Assembly (NCBI GenBank): GCA_050013655.1
Contig: JBEKEV010000012.1
Coordinates: 6,533 to 70,532 of the forward strand
Direction: 5' to 3'
From: Bacteroidota bacterium
GTDB lineage: Bacteria > Bacteroidota > Ignavibacteria > UBA10030
DNA: 64,000 nucleotides
Made by a program: the position numbers and the translations under genes. Below are positions 20,178-30,244 of this stretch, piece by piece. The stretch's first letter is position 1. Every line of letters starts with the position of its first letter. The notes below the pieces were generated by a model. That model was not told the origin of the DNA, ran no database searches, and saw only the letters and a program-made list of their open reading frames with translations.

Positions 20178-21911
20178 TTATTTCTTCAACTGGATCGTAA
20201 TCAACACTATACTCACCGCTACACTGATAATGGAAGCTGTCTGGCCCACTATATTCCAATAATAGGTAGCCGGCCTAATAGGATCTTTCGGAACCCAAAT
20301 ATAATCACCCTCTTCAATCTTCGTCTCGGAAGGAGACAACCATTGCCGTGAACCGCATTTAATGATCATGACATCTCCGCTGCGGGCATTATCCGTATAT
20401 CCACCAGCCCTTCTAATGTAATATTTAAATCCTTCATCTTTCATAAACGGCACATTCCCCGGTAAAACAACTTGTCCAAAAACATATACTGTTTTTTGAA
20501 TTGTTGGAATACGAATCCAATCGCCATTCTGAAGAACAACGTCCTTGGTGGTATCTTTTTTCTCAAACAGATCGACGAAATCAACATTCACTTCTTCATA
20601 ATTGGCTCTGAGCTGGCTTTCAATTGCATAGTAGGTTGTATCTTCCGGTATTCCCCCGCCTCGTAGACTGCGGATATGGTCAAATTGTTGCTCGGTCATC
20701 GAAAGGGGGCTGTGAATAATTTGTGCAGCATTCAATGAGGCATATTCCGTGAATCCCCCCGCCCATGCAATCACCTGTGATAATTTTGTGTTCCCTTTTA
20801 TGATAGGATAAGTACCAGGATAACGGACTTCTCCTTCGACAAATACATGATAATCTTCCCGAATATCAGGCAGCTCCTTCACAACGATCCGATCCCCCGG
20901 AACAAGTAGAAAATTTTTCTGTGCACCAAGTTTTACCTGGTTGAAATTGTAGCTGGTGAAGACCTGTTGTCCCGTATCAGTATCATAACGGTACACTATG
21001 ATACTATCTGTGATTGCCCGTGAAGTAAAACCATATGCGAGTTCTATAGCACTGAGGAAATTGTCTCCTTCAGCCAGCTCAAAACTGCCTTGAACATTTA
21101 CTCCGCCGTAGACGCCAAACACGTTTTTCTTGGGATCAATGCGCGGCACAAAAACTTCATCCCCTTCGCGAAGAAATGGATTCCATCTGCCATCTCTGGT
21201 AGAGTAATATTGGAGAATATCTGCGCGAACAATTTCCCCCGTATGCCGCGTCACGCGAATATTCCGCCTTGTTTGATAGCTTTCGTCGAATTGAGTCGCT
21301 ATATCTTTCCGAATTTCTTTTCCTAAATTAATATCCTTAGTTTCTGGAACGACATCTTTCTGTTTTTTGTTTGCCATTGCTATCGCGTTGTCTACACGAT
21401 CCGTTGCATAGAGTATATATTTTCCCGGATAGTGAACTGCACCTGTAACAGTGATAGATATTTGTCTGGGGCTAAGGAGTGTTACGGATGGATCGCCCGT
21501 AAGATATTTCTTTTTGATTTCCGTGATGACTTTTTTCTTGGCTTCACTCAGGGTTAAATCTGTAATACGGACTTCACCGACAGTTGGAACAATAAGAGTC
21601 CCCTCCGGTGTAACGGTGAGAGAAAAATTGAGCGGCGGACTTGTCCAAATATTAACAGAAAGAATATCGGATGGCCCCACAAAGTACTGATCAGGATCAA
21701 CAGGCCCCTCCAAGGGCGGTACATTATTGATGGGCGCTTGGATCATGCTCTTAAGGTCTGACTTTGATTCCTCCTGTAATTCCAGTTTTGTATCCGTTGT
21801 CCATTGTGCATTGGATATTAACATGAAGCCATACCACGAACACAAACAGAGAATGGCTATTCTGAAATTCCAGAACTTCAATAATCGATTTTGTTTCATC
21901 ATATTCACCAC
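20178..21911 (-). CDS. polysaccharide export protein with multiple SLBB domains (Wza/KpsD-like)
   Basis: YFVGPSDILSVNIW...PEGTLIVPTVG poly_export motif, repeated V.G.V..PG / AGG SLBB motifs, and a C-terminal helix. Confidence 0.88.
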   Translation of the reverse strand: MVNMMKQNRLLKFWNFRIAILCLCSWYGFMLISNAQWTTDTKLELQEESKSDLKSMIQAPINNVPPLEGPVDPDQYFVGPSDILSVNIWTSPPLNFSLTVTPEGTLIVPTVGEVRITDLTLSEAKKKVITEIKKKYLTGDPSVTLLSPRQISITVTGAVHYPGKYILYATDRVDNAIAMANKKQKDVVPETKDINLGKEIRKDIATQFDESYQTRRNIRVTRHTGEIVRADILQYYSTRDGRWNPFLREGDEVFVPRIDPKKNVFGVYGGVNVQGSFELAEGDNFLSAIELAYGFTSRAITDSIIVYRYDTDTGQQVFTSYNFNQVKLGAQKNFLLVPGDRIVVKELPDIREDYHVFVEGEVRYPGTYPIIKGNTKLSQVIAWAGGFTEYASLNAAQIIHSPLSMTEQQFDHIRSLRGGGIPEDTTYYAIESQLRANYEEVNVDFVDLFEKKDTTKDVVLQNGDWIRIPTIQKTVYVFGQVVLPGNVPFMKDEGFKYYIRRAGGYTDNARSGDVMIIKCGSRQWLSPSETKIEEGDYIWVPKDPIRPATYYWNIVGQTASIISVAVSIVLITIQLKK

Positions 21912-21920
21912 TGCTTATTC

Positions 21921-22038
21921 TATTTCGCTCCTAAAGGAGCTTTTTTGTTTTATTAATTCTATTTCTATAATTATTTCACCCCTGCGAGACTCAATTTCCT
22001 CAGCGTTATTTATTCGGGCGAAGTTACTTCGCCCTTAC
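21921..22038. repeat. cluster of REP-like palindromes
   Basis: tatttcgctcctaaaggagct (21921-21941), ctataattatttcacccctgc (from 21965) and gggcgaag-tta-cttcgccc-ttac (22016-22038). Confidence 0.55.
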
Positions 22039-22068
22039 GATTTTTTAATATCTCAACTACTTATCGAC

Positions 22069-23109
22069 TCATTGGCTCTTCTGCTTCTTTTCTACCACTT
22101 TCATACCGCCGTATAAAAGCTTATAGTATTCTTTATATTCGCCGCTCATGATCCGTTTCCACCACTGCTGATGATCGACGTACCACTTGGTTGTTTCTCC
22201 AATACCACGTTCGAATGTGTAGGATGGAATCCAACCAAGTTCGCGTTGAATCTTGCTCGAATCAATCGCGTACCTTCGGTCATGGCCGGGACGATCTTTT
22301 ACATATGTGATCAGTGACTCCGGTTTTCCAAGGTTTTGTAAAATTAGTCTAACAATTTCAATGTTCGTTTTTTCGTTGTTCCCACCAATGTTGTATACTT
22401 CACCTATTCGTCCTCGATGAAGCACTTCATCAAGTGCCGAACAATGATCTTTCACATGAAGCCAATCTCGGATATTCATACCATCGCCATACACCGGCAG
22501 CGAAGTATCATTCAGAGCGTTTGCAATCATGAGTGGGATCAGTTTTTCCGGAAATTGATATGGTCCGTAATTATTTGAGCAACGAGTCAATACAACAGGC
22601 AAACCAAACGTATGTTGATATGCAAGCGCGAGCATGTCAGCGGAAGCTTTGCTGGCAGAATATGGACTGTTCGGATGCAATGATGTTTCTTCAGTGAAAA
22701 GTCCCGTCAATCCAAGTGATCCGTATACTTCATCGGTAGAAACTTGCAGGAACCGCTTGATCTTCAATTCTTTTGCAACTTCCAGCAACACATGTGTGCC
22801 TACGATATTCGTCTGCACAAACTCCGCCGCTCCAAGGATGCTGCGATCAACATGCGATTCCGCCGCAAAATTTATAATCGCGTCAATCTCATATCGCATC
22901 ACACAAAGTTGGACTCGCGTTTTATCGCAAATATCCCCTTTCTCAAATGCATAGCGAGGCTCCTTATCCGCACCGGCCAAGTTCTCTAAATTACCTGCGT
23001 ACGTAAGCTTATCAAGATTAATGACACGGTATTCCGGATATTTGTCAAAAATATACCGGATAAAATTACTTCCGACAAAACCCGCACCGCCTGTCACCAG
23101 AAGATTCAT
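22069..23109 (-). CDS. rfbB: dTDP-glucose 4,6-dehydratase
   Basis: TGGAGFVG, DKLTYAGN, AAESHVDRSI, STDEVYG, YSASK and DRPGHDRRY motifs. Confidence 0.97.
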   Translation of the reverse strand: MNLLVTGGAGFVGSNFIRYIFDKYPEYRVINLDKLTYAGNLENLAGADKEPRYAFEKGDICDKTRVQLCVMRYEIDAIINFAAESHVDRSILGAAEFVQTNIVGTHVLLEVAKELKIKRFLQVSTDEVYGSLGLTGLFTEETSLHPNSPYSASKASADMLALAYQHTFGLPVVLTRCSNNYGPYQFPEKLIPLMIANALNDTSLPVYGDGMNIRDWLHVKDHCSALDEVLHRGRIGEVYNIGGNNEKTNIEIVRLILQNLGKPESLITYVKDRPGHDRRYAIDSSKIQRELGWIPSYTFERGIGETTKWYVDHQQWWKRIMSGEYKEYYKLLYGGMKVVEKKQKSQ

Positions 23110-23115
23110 TGATTC

Positions 23116-23595
23116 TTAATCCAATTGATATGGTGAATTTGGATCGCTTTCATGCCTAATTTCATCAATGATTTCATTGTGCCCCTTTCCCGCATATAAC
23201 CTGTTAGGTAAATTAATGATCCATCCCTGGATTATTCCCACGTTGCGATAAGCATGAACGACTCCTGCCGGAACAATAACGGTTTGCGGCTTCTGTTCGC
23301 CCGCATCGAACACCATTCTATGTCCGAATGTTGGAGATCGTTTTCGTGCATCCCATAAATACAACCGAAACATTGAAGGTCCGACAAAACAGAACAAATC
23401 TGCTTGATCTTTGTGTTCGTGGGGTCCGCGAGCTACTCCCGGTTCTGTCTGCGAGATATAGGACATAGCTGGCAGAAATTCTTCCGCTATTTCATCACTA
23501 CGAAATAATTCCATCAACCACCCGCGATGATCTTGATATTTCATCAAATCGCGGATAATGACATCATGAATAACACCATTTTTGAAGGTCATCAT
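23116..23595 (-). CDS. rfbC: dTDP-4-dehydrorhamnose 3,5-epimerase family cupin
   Basis: DHRGWLMELFR, GVARGPHEH and VPAGVVHAY motifs; directly upstream of rfbB. Confidence 0.8.
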   Translation of the reverse strand: MMTFKNGVIHDVIIRDLMKYQDHRGWLMELFRSDEIAEEFLPAMSYISQTEPGVARGPHEHKDQADLFCFVGPSMFRLYLWDARKRSPTFGHRMVFDAGEQKPQTVIVPAGVVHAYRNVGIIQGWIINLPNRLYAGKGHNEIIDEIRHESDPNSPYQLD

Positions 23596-23792
23596 AGCCT
23601 GTTAAAAATAAACTTACAAAAGAATGACCGCATTTCAAAACCGTAGTTGGACATACCTTATTATTCTTAAATGAAAACGAGGCTCATCTTTCAGATGTGA
23701 GCTTAAATATTCGATTCAACTATCAGCAGCAAAACAAACGCAGTATCAATGGCGGGAGTAGGTAACCTTCTTTTTTTGTTTTCGTTGATCAA

Positions 23793-23821
23793 AAATTATA
23801 AAAAAATTAGACGAATGTCAA
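23793..23821 (-). promoter_or_regulatory. promoter of the glycan operon
   Basis: Minus strand reads TTGACA followed by TATAAT (15-nt spacer) or TAATTT (17-nt spacer). Confidence 0.6.
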
Positions 23822-23830
23822 CGTTTTCCT

Positions 23831-25519
23831 TTACATCCGCTCGGGAGCAGAGATACCCAAAATTTTGCATCCATTTGCTAGCACAGTCTTTGTTGCAAGA
23901 CATAGCGCAAGACGTGCCTTTGCAAGCTCGATTTCTGGAATAACAACGCGGTGTTCATGATAAAATTTGTGGAACGCTGTGGCGACATCGTGTAAATAGG
24001 TGGTCAACCTGTGTGGTTCGAAGCTCATCGCGCACAACTCAACGGTTTCCGGGAAGTCAAGAAGCAGTTTCACAAGTGCAATTTCGGCCGAACCTTTCAA
24101 CAGATTGTATTCTATGTCGGCAAATGAATCCGCCATACTGAATGTTCCCTGCCCCTCTGCAAAACGAAGGATGCTGGCAATACGTGCATGAGCATATTGC
24201 AGGTAATAAACCGGATTCTTTTCCGATTGCTCTTTTGCAAGATTTAAATCGAATTCCAGATGACTTGATGTGGAACGCATCAAAAAGAAAAACCTTACAG
24301 CATCTGAGCCGACTTCGTCAATCAACTCATCGAGTGTGACAAAATTTGCCAGCCGTTTAGACATCTTCACTTGCTCGCCACCGCGCATCAATGTCACAAA
24401 TTGATGAATGACCACCTTCACTTTTTCCGGGTCATACCCAAGGGCTTTCACTCCAGCTAAAACATCAGGAATGGTTGCTATGTGGTCTGCACCGAACACA
24501 TCCACGATCAAATCGAACCCGCGCCTAAATTTTTCCCGGTGATATGCAATATCCGGCAAGCGATAGGTCGGTTCGCCCGTGGACTTGACAATAACACGAT
24601 CCTGGTCAAGTCCTAATGCTGTTGTCTTGAGCCACACGGCACCATCTAAATCGTAGGCAAGATTTTTCGCCCGTAATTCCTGAATGACTTCTTGAATTTT
24701 CCCGCTGCTATAAAGCGAGTCTTCGTTGAAAAATACGTCGTGCACTACACCCATCCGCGCGAGTACTTTCTTAATGGCTTCAAATAATGCGCGCTCGGCA
24801 AATTCCTTGCATGCTGAAAGCGCTGCTTCACGCTGCAAAGAAACAATAGAATCCCCGTGTTCTCTTTTCAAATCGCCCGCAATCTCTCGGATATAATCAC
24901 CCTGATATCCATCTTCAGGAAATGGGAATGCCGGATCGAAAAACTGCCGGTACCTCGCATACGTTGACTCTGCAAGCATGCGCATCTGCCTGCCTGCATT
25001 GTTATAATAATACTCGCGGGTAACATCATATCCTGCCCATACGAGAAGATTGGCAATCGTATCTCCAATAGCCGCTTGACGACCGTGGCCAACGCTGAGA
25101 GGACCCGTCGGATTAGCGCTGACATATTCCACCTGTGTCTTTTTTCCACCGCCAATATTTGTTCTTCCGAATGTTGCCGGGTGTTGCAGTATAGAACCGA
25201 TCTGCGCAGTAAAAAATTCTTCCGTGAATCGGAAATTGATAAAACCCGGTCCGGCAATCTCAACCTTTGAAACGTATTTCGGATCTACATCCAGCTTGCC
25301 GACAATCTCCTGTGCAACCGCACGCGGATTTTTCTTTGCAGATTTTGCCAACAACATTGCTATGTTCGTTGTGATATCGCCGTGCGCCTCATCCTTCGGC
25401 TTATCGAACGTCAATTTTGCCGCTATCGAAACCGTTTGCTCCTTGATTGTGGGATCAGAGGTGCCGTACGAAAGCGATTTGAGCGCAGCGCCAACTTTTT
25501 CTATAAGATACTTTTTCAT
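23831..25519 (-). CDS. argS: arginine--tRNA ligase
   Basis: AGPGFINF, EYVSANPTGPLSVGHGR (HIGH variant), KMSKR and YYLQYAHARI motifs. Confidence 0.98.
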   Translation of the reverse strand: MKKYLIEKVGAALKSLSYGTSDPTIKEQTVSIAAKLTFDKPKDEAHGDITTNIAMLLAKSAKKNPRAVAQEIVGKLDVDPKYVSKVEIAGPGFINFRFTEEFFTAQIGSILQHPATFGRTNIGGGKKTQVEYVSANPTGPLSVGHGRQAAIGDTIANLLVWAGYDVTREYYYNNAGRQMRMLAESTYARYRQFFDPAFPFPEDGYQGDYIREIAGDLKREHGDSIVSLQREAALSACKEFAERALFEAIKKVLARMGVVHDVFFNEDSLYSSGKIQEVIQELRAKNLAYDLDGAVWLKTTALGLDQDRVIVKSTGEPTYRLPDIAYHREKFRRGFDLIVDVFGADHIATIPDVLAGVKALGYDPEKVKVVIHQFVTLMRGGEQVKMSKRLANFVTLDELIDEVGSDAVRFFFLMRSTSSHLEFDLNLAKEQSEKNPVYYLQYAHARIASILRFAEGQGTFSMADSFADIEYNLLKGSAEIALVKLLLDFPETVELCAMSFEPHRLTTYLHDVATAFHKFYHEHRVVIPEIELAKARLALCLATKTVLANGCKILGISAPERM

Positions 25520-25944
25520 TCCGTTTCTGTTTGTTTCTTCTTTACCGGTTTACGCACAGTCGCTCGGCGTTTTTTTACCGCCGGCTTTGGAGCCGCTAAC
25601 GGATCTTGCACTTCTGTTCTCTTCGCATCGCCCCAGAGACGATCAAGATTGTAGAACGACCTTTCTTCTTTGTGAAAAACGTGTACCACCACATCAACAT
25701 AATCCAGTACAATCCATTTCAACGCTTGATACCCTTCATAATGCCACACGCGCTCATTGGATTCTTCCATACCATCGCGTACTGCGTCCGCAACAGCTTT
25801 CACCTGCGTGTCGGAATCTGTCGAGCAAATCACGAAATAATCTGCTGCGCTCGTGAGTTTTTTCAAATCCAAGATCACAACATCATGTGCTTTCTTGGAT
25901 ATCATCAAGTCGGCAATTCGTTTTGCGAGTGTCCCTGCTATCAA
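25516..25944 (-). CDS. rsfS: ribosome silencing factor RsfS (Iojap)
   Basis: KKAHDVVILD, DYFVICS, WIVLDYVDVVVHVF and RSFYNLDRLWGD motifs. Confidence 0.96.
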   Translation of the reverse strand: MIAGTLAKRIADLMISKKAHDVVILDLKKLTSAADYFVICSTDSDTQVKAVADAVRDGMEESNERVWHYEGYQALKWIVLDYVDVVVHVFHKEERSFYNLDRLWGDAKRTEVQDPLAAPKPAVKKRRATVRKPVKKKQTETE

Positions 25945-26486
25945 CGTTTATTCCTTTCATTTAAAACTTGAAAAACCTTCAATCGGGAAAAATCTTTTCC
26001 TACAACGACTGACACATCAAGATACAAATTACGGTCAATTTTCTGAAATACTTTGTCCTGCGCAATACCAAGGGTCGATGCAAGTTTTCCTGCAGCGTCA
26101 AGATTTCCGGAACGGTCGACCACATAGGTGCGTTCGATCATTCCATCGTTGTTTCTTTTCATCTCCACGACATCGTACCCCTGTGAGCGAAGAATATTTG
26201 TCACATATTGAGCAGCCTTCATGCTTCCTGCACCATCCAACACCTCTACTTGAAGTACCCGGTCTGTCGACAACGGCAACGGATCGACTGTTGCGCTGTG
26301 GTTCGAGAAGCTTCTATGCGCAAGGATATATACGCTAACGATAAGCGCCAAGGAAAGCAGACTCAATATGCACTTCATCAACTTGCTATAACGTACCGTA
26401 CGCGTCTGATGTGTAGGAACGTGTTCTCGTGGTAGATCCTCAGTATCAGTTTGGACGGCAGCGTGGGAAGGATTTGTGCGTTTCAT
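25941..26486 (-). CDS. membrane protein with LytR C-terminal domain
   Basis: A single TM followed by VEVLDGAG..KAA...LRSQGY...DVSVVVGKD. Confidence 0.82.
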   Translation of the reverse strand: MKRTNPSHAAVQTDTEDLPREHVPTHQTRTVRYSKLMKCILSLLSLALIVSVYILAHRSFSNHSATVDPLPLSTDRVLQVEVLDGAGSMKAAQYVTNILRSQGYDVVEMKRNNDGMIERTYVVDRSGNLDAAGKLASTLGIAQDKVFQKIDRNLYLDVSVVVGKDFSRLKVFQVLNERNKR

Positions 26487-26497
26487 TCCTGCCTGTT

Positions 26498-26550
26498 AAA
26501 AAAAGAACCGAGCAAGCTGACGAGTAACAACTCAGCTCGACCCGGCTCTA
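26498..26550 (-). terminator. intrinsic terminator
   Basis: Minus strand GAGCCGGG-tc-GAGCTGA...TCAGCTT-g-CTCGGTTC followed by T7. Confidence 0.55.
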
Positions 26551-26577
26551 AGACACACACTCGTTTCGTATCGATGT

Positions 26578-27084
26578 TCAGTGACTCTCCTCCTCACCGA
26601 TTCGATCAAATCCCGACATAAAACCAAACCTATCGTTGTTCAACCAATACATTGCAGGCAGTTGTCGATATTGAATTTGGAGCAATGTATTCTTGCTTGG
26701 CCGATAATTCAATTCTGCTCCAGAAAGGTATACACCTGAGATATCTTTCGTAAAGTTGCCGCCAAGATTGTTATACGGTGAATTGATCAAACTGACATCG
26801 AATTGCACCGAAAGCGGATTTGAAATCTGATATGCGAGGCTGCTCGTCAGTGTACCGAGTGAAAACCCCTTTCCGCCAGATGTCGTATAGCTTAGCGAAT
26901 AGCTATTTCTCATCGTGAACCGGCTTGGATCAAACCAGCCGAAAAGCAATCCGCCATCATCCTGCCGAATCATGGATCCGGTTATCGAAGAACTCGCTTC
27001 TGGTTGAGATTTAAATTGACCAACTGCCATAAAACAAACGGCTAGCAAGGTCAATACGGTTTTTATGAGGATTTTCATTTTCAC
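26578..27084 (-). CDS. hypothetical exported protein (beta-strand rich)
   Basis: Signal peptide, alternating beta-strand pattern, GAAGGT RBS and its own promoter. Confidence 0.75.
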   Translation of the reverse strand: MKMKILIKTVLTLLAVCFMAVGQFKSQPEASSSITGSMIRQDDGGLLFGWFDPSRFTMRNSYSLSYTTSGGKGFSLGTLTSSLAYQISNPLSVQFDVSLINSPYNNLGGNFTKDISGVYLSGAELNYRPSKNTLLQIQYRQLPAMYWLNNDRFGFMSGFDRIGEEESH

Positions 27085-27102
27085 ACCTTCTTTTATGAAA
27101 TA

Positions 27103-27131
27103 ATGATACTCAAATCTGAAATGATTGTCAA
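27103..27131 (-). promoter_or_regulatory. sigma70-type promoter
   Basis: Minus strand reads TTGACA-N17-TATCAT just upstream of the GTG at 27084. Confidence 0.7.
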
Positions 27132-27267
27132 GGTCACACTTTCTTTACCAAAGAGACGAAATTTATCAATAGAGTGTTCCTTTAACTTTTTTTGTTTTCA
27201 GACCACCTTTCCGTATATTTTCCACACAATGATGAGTAACACAAGAGTAGAAGAGGCAGGCTGATTC

Positions 27268-30066
27268 ATGGCAAAAATTGAGCGAGTGTATCTCATCGAT
27301 GCAATGGCACTGGCGTACCGTGCCTATTTCGCATTTATACGTCAGCCGCTGATGAATTCGAAAGGTGAGAACACCAGCGCGGTCTACGGATTCGTCACGT
27401 TTTTAAATCGTATCCTCTCACAGGAGATTCCCGATCACATTGCTGTCGTCTTCGACACGGGCAAACCCACGTTCCGGCATAAGGCATATAAGGAATATAA
27501 AGCCACGCGTCAGAAAATGCCTGAAGATATGATCACACAAATTCCGGCGCTGAAAGAAGTCGTGCGTGCTTACAATATCCCTGTCGTTGAGATGGATGGT
27601 TTTGAGGCCGACGATATCATCGGCACACTTGCAAAGCAGGCAGAACGAGAAAACGCTCTCACCTTCCTCGTTACACCCGATAAAGACTTTATGCAGCTTG
27701 TCTCCAATACAACGAAAATCTACAAACCGGGCAAGCAAGGATCCGACATCGAAATTGTAGACATCGAAGGAGTGAGACAGAAATTCGGTGTTACTCCCGA
27801 TAAAGTCATAGATGTTCTCGGGTTAATCGGCGATGCCTCTGATAATATACCGGGTGTACCGGGAGTTGGCGAGAAGACCGCAATCCCGCTCATCCAGAAG
27901 TATGGCAGTATCGAAGAACTGTATCGTCATCTTGACGAGATTCCTCAAAAGGGATTGCGCGCTAAATTGGAATCGAACAAAGAATTGGCGTTCCTGTCCA
28001 AGCATCTCGTTACGATTGATATCAACGTACCGCTTTCTATCAATTTCCATTCGCTCAAAGCGGAACAAAGAAACACTTCAAAGCTTATGGAATTGTTTGA
28101 AGCACTGGAATTCCGCTCGCTCCTGAGCAAGCTCCGGACGGAGACTCAGGAAGCATCAAAGAGTATTGATCCTGATATCGAGTTCACGCCTCCGGAACCC
28201 CTCTCCGATATCACCAAAGACAAACATTCCTACCGGCTCATCACAGCAGAAAAAGAGTTCATATCTCTCTGCGATAGGTTGAAATCGGCACAGGAATTTG
28301 TCTTTGATACTGAAACGACCTCCACGGATTCGTTGAATGCCGAACTCGTCGGAATTTCATTTGCCCTCAAGCCGCATGAAGCATTCTATATTGCGATCAC
28401 AGGAAAGAAAACACATGGACAAGGCGGCCTCTTCGGGAACACCGTTGATGAACCTAACTTTTCAATCGGTTTGACGCCGGAATTCGTCTGTAATAAGCTC
28501 AAGCCAATTCTGGAAGATCCAAACATCAAGAAAATTGGGCATAATATTAAATATGATATCTTGGTGTTGTCGAATTATGGTATCAATGTTGAAGGCGCTC
28601 TCTTTGATTCGATGATAGCCAGCTACATGGTGCGCGCAGACGGCAAGCATAATATGGATGATGTGGCTGCAGAGTATCTCAAGTACAAAACTGTCTCCTT
28701 TTCTGATTTGGTCGGGACAGGTAAAGAGCAGAAACACATCCGTGATGTTTCTCTTCAAGCCCTTTCCGATTATTCGTGTGAAGATTCCGACATTACATTT
28801 CGCCTGTACGAAACATTTCAAAAAAAACTTCTTGAACTCGAGATGACCGAACTTTGTGAAGAAGTAGAATTCCCTTTGGTCTCAGTTCTTGCGCGGATGG
28901 AGCGTGCCGGAGTTGCTATCGATGTCGACCATCTTTCGGCTATGTCAAAAGAACTTGAGAATCAGCTTGAAAAGCTCACAAAAGAAATTCATCGAGCTGC
29001 CGGTACATCTTTCAACATTAACTCCACACAGCAACTTGCAGAGATTCTCTTCAATAAGCTCAAGCTGCAATCGGTGCGCAAAACAAAAACCGGTTTTTCC
29101 ACAGATGTCGCTGTTCTTGAAACGTTGAAAGGCGTGCATCCAATCATTGAAATGCTCCTTGACTTCCGTCAATCCACAAAGTTGAAATCGACCTATATCG
29201 ATGCACTTCCGAGACTCATCAACCCGAGAACCGGACGAGTGCATACATCATTCAACCAAACTGTAACTACCACTGGACGTTTATCCAGCAGCGATCCGAA
29301 TATTCAGAACATTCCTATCCGTACAGAGATTGGCAGATCGATTCGGAAGGCATTCATTCCTGGCAACGCTCAATCGCTTATTCTTTCCGCCGATTATTCA
29401 CAGATCGAACTCCGTGTGATGGCGCACATCTCCGGCGACGAGGGATTAACACAGGCGTTCAAGAATCATGAAGATATCCACACAACAACGGCAGCAAAAG
29501 TATTTGGTGTCAATGCAACGGATGTAACCAGAGATATGAGGCGGAAGGCAAAAGAAGTCAACTTTGGAATCATGTATGGCATCGGTGCTTACGGCCTCGC
29601 CAACCGATTAGAGATTAGTCAGAATGAAGGAAAAGAAATCATTGCTCGTTATTTTGCCCGCTTCCCCAAAGTTCAACAATATATCAACGATACAATCGCG
29701 AGCGGACGTAAAGACGGATATGTCAGCACACTTCTGGGCAGGCGGCGGTACATTCCGGATATTCGCAGTAACAACCAGAACGTTCGCCAGAACGCCGAGC
29801 GGCAAGCTATCAACATGCCGATTCAAGGAACAGCGGCAGATATGATTAAAATGGCAATGGTGCGCATCGATGCAGTTCTCAAGAAACAGAAACTTGCCAG
29901 TTCAATGCTTCTCCAGGTTCATGATGAATTGGTATTTGAAGTACAGAAGAAAGAAGAGAACATCATGAAAGAAATTGTTGAAAGAGAGATGCGGCAAGCC
30001 CTTCCCCTCTCGGTTCCTGTCGAAGTTGATCTGGGAGTAGGCAAGAATTGGTTAGAAGCACATTAG
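27268..30066 (+). CDS. polA: DNA polymerase I
   Basis: 5'-3' exonuclease (EADDIIGTL, GDASDNIPGVPGVGEKTA), 3'-5' exonuclease (FDTET, HNIKYD, YSCED) and polymerase motifs (DYSQIELR, KEVNFGIMYG, QVHDEL). Confidence 0.99.
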   Translation: MAKIERVYLIDAMALAYRAYFAFIRQPLMNSKGENTSAVYGFVTFLNRILSQEIPDHIAVVFDTGKPTFRHKAYKEYKATRQKMPEDMITQIPALKEVVRAYNIPVVEMDGFEADDIIGTLAKQAERENALTFLVTPDKDFMQLVSNTTKIYKPGKQGSDIEIVDIEGVRQKFGVTPDKVIDVLGLIGDASDNIPGVPGVGEKTAIPLIQKYGSIEELYRHLDEIPQKGLRAKLESNKELAFLSKHLVTIDINVPLSINFHSLKAEQRNTSKLMELFEALEFRSLLSKLRTETQEASKSIDPDIEFTPPEPLSDITKDKHSYRLITAEKEFISLCDRLKSAQEFVFDTETTSTDSLNAELVGISFALKPHEAFYIAITGKKTHGQGGLFGNTVDEPNFSIGLTPEFVCNKLKPILEDPNIKKIGHNIKYDILVLSNYGINVEGALFDSMIASYMVRADGKHNMDDVAAEYLKYKTVSFSDLVGTGKEQKHIRDVSLQALSDYSCEDSDITFRLYETFQKKLLELEMTELCEEVEFPLVSVLARMERAGVAIDVDHLSAMSKELENQLEKLTKEIHRAAGTSFNINSTQQLAEILFNKLKLQSVRKTKTGFSTDVAVLETLKGVHPIIEMLLDFRQSTKLKSTYIDALPRLINPRTGRVHTSFNQTVTTTGRLSSSDPNIQNIPIRTEIGRSIRKAFIPGNAQSLILSADYSQIELRVMAHISGDEGLTQAFKNHEDIHTTTAAKVFGVNATDVTRDMRRKAKEVNFGIMYGIGAYGLANRLEISQNEGKEIIARYFARFPKVQQYINDTIASGRKDGYVSTLLGRRRYIPDIRSNNQNVRQNAERQAINMPIQGTAADMIKMAMVRIDAVLKKQKLASSMLLQVHDELVFEVQKKEENIMKEIVEREMRQALPLSVPVEVDLGVGKNWLEAH

Positions 30067-30128
30067 CAACTCATGTTACGCAGTCACAAACTTTTTATCA
30101 TATGATGAGAACCATAGCACATAATTTC

Positions 30129-30178
30129 CACCTCCCCTTTTGTCCCCTCCTCCACGAGGAGGGGATACAGGGGCGGTG
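30129..30178. repeat. GC-rich nested palindrome between convergent genes (possible bidirectional terminator or REP)
   Basis: Perfect 10-bp stem tcccctcctc-cac-gaggagggga (30143-30165) with imperfect outer arms. Confidence 0.6.
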
Positions 30179-30244
30179 TATAAGCATGGAGATCTACTCG
30201 TAAAAATGAAAATGCCTTATTTGCATAACATCAGTTAGTAATTT

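Noticed and set aside
25224-26338. Plus-strand ORFs of 210, 121 and 161 aa
   Set aside because: Antisense to argS, rsfS and the LytR_C gene; no protein-like features.
27268-30066. Possible intein or inactivated proofreading domain in polA
   Set aside because: Length is normal and the Exo I-III acidic residues are present.
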